This document shows, piece after piece, positions 27,071-32,000 of a stretch of DNA of 32,000 nt. The stretch spans positions 450,001-482,000 of the forward strand of contig SHMX01000001.1 of assembly GCA_008080745.1 (NCBI GenBank), read 5' to 3'. The position numbers and the translations under genes are program-made. The DNA is from Candidatus Thorarchaeota archaeon. GTDB taxonomy: Archaea; Asgardarchaeota; Thorarchaeia; Thorarchaeales; Thorarchaeaceae. Numbering within the stretch: position 1 is the first letter of the stretch; every line of letters begins with the position of its first letter. A model generated the notes under the pieces. It searched no databases and was not told the DNA's origin. It saw only the letters and a list, made by a program, of their open reading frames with translations.

Positions 27071-27078
27071 CTTTAAAG
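27071..27078 (-). promoter_or_regulatory. TATA box of tRNA-Arg(CCG)
   Basis: CTTTAAAG at -30..-23 from the tRNA 5' end. Confidence 0.65.
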
Positions 27079-27116
27079 AATTGCTATCGGGTTTATTCGT
27101 ACTAGGATAACATATC

Positions 27117-27662
27117 CTAATCTGTAATTAGCTTGGGTTCTTTAATCCACCAAGCACCACGTTTTCCTCTGAAAATTCCTTGTTCAAAATGAAGAACCTC
27201 TTTTCCAAAAACTTCTTGGAATCTTGAGTTCAATCTATTCAGCCGGTCAAGAATAGTCCGACGTTTTGTTTCACTCCCTAACAGCCATTGTGCCAGTTCA
27301 GGGGTGGTGGCTCCCTCATATTGAAGAAGATGAGCTATAATCTTCCTATCAAGATCGTCTCTGCATATCTCATCGTTGGTGACATCATTGAAACCCCCTA
27401 GATACATGCTACTAGCTCGTTCTTGTTCTAGAAAAGTCACCCGTTCTTGAAGTGCGATTATATCTTCCAGCATTTGAGTTATAATAGGAGGTACATCTTC
27501 ATCTAATTTCCAGAGAAGACGCCATTTTACAGCATCCTCAATAAATCGTTGTCTACCACGTTCGCCAGCAATGAGGTCAATCTTTTCAAGAATATCATTT
27601 GATAGTCGTAATCTAATGCTAATAGAATCCTCATTCTCAATATCCGTCAAGGAGTACCTCAC
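27117..27662 (-). CDS. Putative DNA-binding protein: N-terminal ribbon-helix-helix, coiled coil, C-terminal winged helix
   Basis: ISIRLRLSNDILEKIDLIAGERGRQRFIEDAVKWRL has an RHH pattern; DDLDRKIIAHLLQYEGATTPELAQWL..RRTILDRLNRL..GAWWI has a wHTH pattern. Confidence 0.65.
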   Translation of the reverse strand: MRYSLTDIENEDSISIRLRLSNDILEKIDLIAGERGRQRFIEDAVKWRLLWKLDEDVPPIITQMLEDIIALQERVTFLEQERASSMYLGGFNDVTNDEICRDDLDRKIIAHLLQYEGATTPELAQWLLGSETKRRTILDRLNRLNSRFQEVFGKEVLHFEQGIFRGKRGAWWIKEPKLITD

Positions 27663-27779
27663 CCTTGTAATGTTAATAGAGAGTTCAAATGAAAAGTATT
27701 CCTCTTGTTTGATTCAGAATCCGACACAGTTATAAAAAGATTCGAGGGCATAGCACTGACACAGCAACGGTGAAACACA

Positions 27780-28091
27780 ATGGTGAACAAATTCAAGGCT
27801 ATCAAAAGAGAACGAGCTCGCCTAAGAAACGTACAGAATCCTCAACAAGTTGATTATAGAAGGATGAGAAAAATCCGGAAAGTGAAGACCAAATATTGGA
27901 AACTCAAGAAGAGGACCGTTGCAGCTGAAGCAGAAGTCCCACGAGAGAAGGCTGACAAAAAGAAGGAAAAGAAAGACAAGCCCAAGAAAGAGCCCGAACT
28001 CGAAGTTATTGATGAAGAGCTTGAAGAGATCTATTCCATAGATGAAGATGAACTTGAAGATGAAGAATTAGAAGATCTTGATGAGGAATAG
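27780..28091 (+). CDS. Small charge-segregated hypothetical protein (basic N-terminus, acidic C-terminus)
   Basis: ATG start with GGTGA RBS and an upstream TTATAAA box; K/R-rich first ~70 aa, D/E-rich last ~30 aa. Confidence 0.7.
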   Translation: MVNKFKAIKRERARLRNVQNPQQVDYRRMRKIRKVKTKYWKLKKRTVAAEAEVPREKADKKKEKKDKPKKEPELEVIDEELEEIYSIDEDELEDEELEDLDEE

Positions 28092-28201
28092 GTACACTCT
28101 CATTCATCACAAAGACAAAGAATAAGACCCACCCAGTACAATAGAATATAGTAGATTAGTCAGAGATATCTATCTCTCATTCGATTCTATGGGTGGTTAG
28201 A

Positions 28202-29017
28202 ATGACAAACCTTCGTGAGATAATAAAATACTTGGAGAATGTTGCACCCCGAGACCTTACCGTGGGAGAACACGATAGTCGAATTGAGATAGGTCCCCAG
28301 ACCGAGCAGGAACAACTCAATACCACTGTGAATCGGATCCTAATTGCCACATATCCATCAGGCAGAGTAGTTACTAGGAGTACTCAAGACAAAGCGAATC
28401 TTTTGATCACCCATTTTCCTATCTTCAGATATCCCTCAGATCAAATTTCTGGTTTGGATTTGGTACGAGTAAGATTGCTGGCAAAGAATTACATCTCATC
28501 CTATGTATTGGGTAGTGCCATTGTGGGAGCTAGAGATGGTTTGACCGACGCAGTGGTTGACGCTCTAGAATTGCAAAAATTACAAGAATTTTACACCATT
28601 GGAAAATATGTTGACGCCGCATCATTAGGAAGAATATGCCAAATAAATGAAAATATGAATCATTCTCGTTTTGCAGATTATGTTGCCATGAAGATGGAAC
28701 AGGAGGCAGTAAAATTCACTGGAGATCTGGATCGAAAAGTTGATTCAATCCTTGTTTGCCCTGGTCATTATCTGGGTATTCCTGAGTTGATTGCCGCAAA
28801 TCAAATGAACGTAAAGACCATTGTTACCAGTGGTGTCGCTCCAGAAACCAGATTGGTTGCAGCGGAGCAGGGACTCAATGTCATTGAACTGCGTGAGTTT
28901 GTTATGGAGGAACTCGGCATGAAAAGACTTCGTCATAGAATGAGTCTAGAATATCCGGAACTCAAGATAGAGTTTACGAGCTCGGAACCCGTATCAAAGA
29001 ATCTACGATATCGATAA
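28202..29017 (+). CDS. Nif3/YbgI (DUF34)-like protein with a degenerate dinuclear metal site
   Basis: LREIIKYLENVAP N-terminus, VNRILIA, LLITHFP, V..ILVCPG.., GLNVIEL...ME; GGGTG RBS before ATG 28202. Confidence 0.8.
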   Translation: MTNLREIIKYLENVAPRDLTVGEHDSRIEIGPQTEQEQLNTTVNRILIATYPSGRVVTRSTQDKANLLITHFPIFRYPSDQISGLDLVRVRLLAKNYISSYVLGSAIVGARDGLTDAVVDALELQKLQEFYTIGKYVDAASLGRICQINENMNHSRFADYVAMKMEQEAVKFTGDLDRKVDSILVCPGHYLGIPELIAANQMNVKTIVTSGVAPETRLVAAEQGLNVIELREFVMEELGMKRLRHRMSLEYPELKIEFTSSEPVSKNLRYR

Positions 29018-29021
29018 GCAC

Positions 29022-29903
29022 CTATATTCCCCTAATGAGAATGACATTTTTGTTCTTCTCAACGCCCACATGGTTTGCTACGGGAATACATTTTGTACGA
29101 AGAATATGAATAATAGGACAGGTAGGTTCTAATTCCGTCATGGACTCGTAATTGCCCATTCCTTTTGCTACAATTAGTTCAGCATTACTCAACAAGTCTT
29201 TGAATTCGTTAGAGGACCGTTCCAAATTCACCCCTATTGCTGCAGCGCCCGTTGCCATAACTTCGTCCGCACATTCATTCAATCCTACCTGTTCAGCATC
29301 GACAAGGGTAGCATCATTTAGAATTGGACCACTCTTAACCACTGCAATTACTTTCGGCCCTAGATTTTTGATTTCACGGATAAGAATCATATCTAAGACC
29401 ACCTCTCCAGCGTTATCATGAAGGAATACCACCTCTTTCGCTTCACTAACTAGAGATTTGAATTCTGCAATCTCATCAACAGCAAGATCAGCCTCAACGT
29501 GACTAATAATATCTCTAAGTTCGTCTAGACTGAAATCTCTACCAGACACATCAAATTCAATAGCATTTGCCGCTGCAGCTATGAGTGTTGCTTTTCTGAA
29601 TCGTGCATCTATATCTCCTGACTCATCGACAATTTCACTTAATTCAGAAAGAATGCCTAATGCCATCTCATTAGACTGAATTTTTAATTCGTGATACGGG
29701 TCTTTTCCAGTCATTTCTTGAACTAGAAGATCTCGGTCAGTCCCAATGTGAGAGGGAACGGAATGTTCGTCTAGATTCTTTGAAAGGAAGTCCAACATCT
29801 TTGCTGCAACTTGCATCTGCAATTCTGGGTCATCAGTGGCAAGTCGGGTCTGGTTTATGGCTCTTTCAAGTAAACAATGAACACATTGTAACGTCACTTT
29901 CAT
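29022..29903 (-). CDS. DUF89/ARMT1-like damage-control phosphatase
   Basis: CVHC N-terminus, DPY..LK..SN, AANAIEF, DNAGE, GPILNDAT..DA, KGMGNYE, KC..VA. Confidence 0.92.
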   Translation of the reverse strand: MKVTLQCVHCLLERAINQTRLATDDPELQMQVAAKMLDFLSKNLDEHSVPSHIGTDRDLLVQEMTGKDPYHELKIQSNEMALGILSELSEIVDESGDIDARFRKATLIAAAANAIEFDVSGRDFSLDELRDIISHVEADLAVDEIAEFKSLVSEAKEVVFLHDNAGEVVLDMILIREIKNLGPKVIAVVKSGPILNDATLVDAEQVGLNECADEVMATGAAAIGVNLERSSNEFKDLLSNAELIVAKGMGNYESMTELEPTCPIIHILRTKCIPVANHVGVEKNKNVILIRGI

Positions 29904-29959
29904 ACTAATCCCTCTGCGACAAGAAGAAAAAGAAGCTCCTGAAAAAGGGACCGGAAGCT

Positions 29960-29980
29960 ACTAGGAGTAGCACTCCTAGT
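29960..29980 (-). terminator. Hairpin after the tpiA stop followed by U-rich tracts
   Basis: ACTAGGAGT-GCT-ACTCCTAGT perfect 9-bp stem, with TTTTT tracts downstream on the minus strand. Confidence 0.55.
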
Positions 29981-29982
29981 CA

Positions 29983-30672
<690 letters not shown>

Positions 30673-30676
30673 CTAT

Positions 30677-30709
30677 CCTACCGAGCTGCTTGAAAGCAGC
30701 ATCGGCAGG
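30677..30709 (-). promoter_or_regulatory. Stable hairpin in the predicted tpiA 5' leader
   Basis: CCTGCCGA-T-GCTGCT-TTCA-AGCAGC-TCGGTAGG: 14 bp, one G-U pair, one bulge. Ends 10 nt before the ATG; TTATTAA TATA-like box at 30729-30735. Confidence 0.55.
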
Positions 30710-30752
30710 TGTAAGCGAACACAGCTGGTTAATAAGTTGCTATGATGCAGGC

Positions 30753-31370
30753 TTACCGAATGGTGCCAACTAAAAGCTTGAGGATAGGAACTCGAGCGTA
30801 TCCATTTCGATTCAGTTGACCGATTGGTTTTCGTAACTCAATCTTTACAAATTTTCCAGGTTCGCTATTCTTGTAGTATTGCATATAGATATCCGTGAAC
30901 TCGGAGAATGTTGCTGCGTTCAGTAGTTCTTTAACAACATCATTAGATATTCGAATGAATACATCTTCATCAGAAACGGGTCCAGAACCGAATTCCACTT
31001 CATCATTGGAAGGTTTACTGACATGGAAACGTTCACCCATAGCCATAAACTCAATTCTGAATTCATCTGGGCCTTCCAGACAGTCACAAATTGTGGAATC
31101 GTTGAACATGTACTTCAGACGATCAATGATTGAATCATGATAGGGAATAGTTCCTCCCCGTTCGGATATAGGTGTAACCACCTTTTCCGCAGGAACGTCT
31201 TCTTCAGAAGCGGATTCAGATTCTTCAGATGGAGCCGCATCGGTTGCTGACTCTGCACCCTCTGCTTCTTCGGTTTCCAAGTCTGCTTCTTCTGCCTCTT
31301 CAGCAGCTTCCTTCTCTTCCTCTTTCTTTTCTTCGTCTTCTTTATCGCGTCCCAGCAATCTTCTTAGCAT
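30753..31370 (-). CDS. Hypothetical protein: acidic disordered N-terminus plus a possible SCP2-like domain
   Basis: MLRRLLGR followed by ~60 E/A/S-rich residues, then an alpha/beta domain (FRIEF..GERFHV....EVEFGSG...EDVFIRISNDVVKELL). Confidence 0.55.
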   Translation of the reverse strand: MLRRLLGRDKEDEEKKEEEKEAAEEAEEADLETEEAEGAESATDAAPSEESESASEEDVPAEKVVTPISERGGTIPYHDSIIDRLKYMFNDSTICDCLEGPDEFRIEFMAMGERFHVSKPSNDEVEFGSGPVSDEDVFIRISNDVVKELLNAATFSEFTDIYMQYYKNSEPGKFVKIELRKPIGQLNRNGYARVPILKLLVGTIR

Positions 31371-31497
31371 TTTTGAGCGGTCTCCTTCAAATAATAAGTA
31401 ATGGACCGATATAACACTATATCATGTCGCATATACTCGTAAGTACTGTGATATTATGAGTATGTCTTCCTTGAAAAACATAATTAGAGTGTACACA

Positions 31498-31743
31498 CTA
31501 GCTGGTTGGAGTCATTTGAGACTTGCTCTCAACTGATGCTGCTTTTTCCAACTGTGCGATTAGAGGGAGTCCACCAGATTTCGTCCGAGTACCCCACAGC
31601 TCATCAACAAGAAGATCGCGTATCGCAATCCTAATCACTTCAGAACGGTTAGGATACATTCCCGCATTAATTAGCTTGTCCACGCCCTCGACATATGACT
31701 CAGGCATGCATATTGTGACTACTTTCAAAGTGTCTAGCACCAT
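31498..31743 (-). CDS. Ribbon-helix-helix (CopG/Arc/MetJ) regulator, CdrS-like
   Basis: KVVTICMPESYVEGVDKLINAGMYPNRSEVIRIAIRDLL. Start is ATG 31743 or TTG 31728; the track ORF's longer N-terminus is probably not real. Confidence 0.85.
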   Translation of the reverse strand: MVLDTLKVVTICMPESYVEGVDKLINAGMYPNRSEVIRIAIRDLLVDELWGTRTKSGGLPLIAQLEKAASVESKSQMTPTS

Positions 31744-31877
31744 CCACGTAAACAACATGAGCACTAATGAAATAGTGTCACTTCCCAGTATACATCTACG
31801 TAACACTCGGTCGTCATTAGGCAGAATTTAAGAAAGAATAATTCATGAGAGATACAAAATAACGGGATAGATTAGAG

Positions 31878-32000
31878 ATGGCAAAAGGAAAAAGCAAGAC
31901 AGGAAAAGTACGAGCTAGTCACATTCTAGTTGAAAAACATAGTCAAGCCCTTGATCTAATACGTCGAGTTCAAGAGGGAGAAGACTTCGGTGCACTAGCA
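31878..32000 (+). CDS. ppiC: Parvulin-type peptidyl-prolyl isomerase; 3' part runs off the window end
   Basis: Manual translation MAKGKSKTGKVRASHILVEKHSQALDLIRRVQEGEDFGALA contains the parvulin VRASHILV and GEDF..LA motifs. Confidence 0.9.
   Translation, partial: MAKGKSKTGKVRASHILVEKHSQALDLIRRVQEGEDFGALA

Noticed and set aside
28162-28177. AGAGATA-TC-TATCTCT inverted repeat upstream of the Nif3-like gene
   Set aside because: Short and AT-rich, with no second copy in the window; may be chance.
31180-31350. TCTTC/TTC-rich repetitive DNA
   Set aside because: Explained by Glu-rich low-complexity coding on the minus strand; not a CRISPR or tandem repeat. The same applies to 27950-28090 on the plus strand.

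Overview
Gene-dense archaeal chromosomal window. Archaeal identity is supported by PolB1, nurA/herA/mre11/rad50, the archaeosine enzymes ArcS and RaSEA, a short archaeal-type TIM, TATA boxes and GGTGA/GAGGT ribosome-binding sites. The eukaryote-like candidates below suggest an Asgard archaeon, possibly Thorarchaeia; this is inference only. The ORF track misses two edge-truncated genes (PolB1 at <1..2024 and a parvulin at 31878..>32000) and two tRNA-Arg genes. No CRISPR array, rRNA, transposase or integrase was seen. Strongest leads: (1) a two-gene sensory module at 21525-23783, in which a protein combining a phycobiliprotein-like globin (bilin Cys and Asp retained) with a CarH-type W-x9-EH cobalamin domain precedes a soluble histidine kinase; (2) a cytoplasmic IFT52-like GIFT-domain protein at 3093-4268; (3) a mu-homology-domain-like protein extended with Ig-like repeats at 13389-15179; (4) four enzyme-fold proteins with degraded metal sites; (5) a structured tpiA leader. 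All family assignments are by-eye motif recognition against remembered family sequences; no searches were run.
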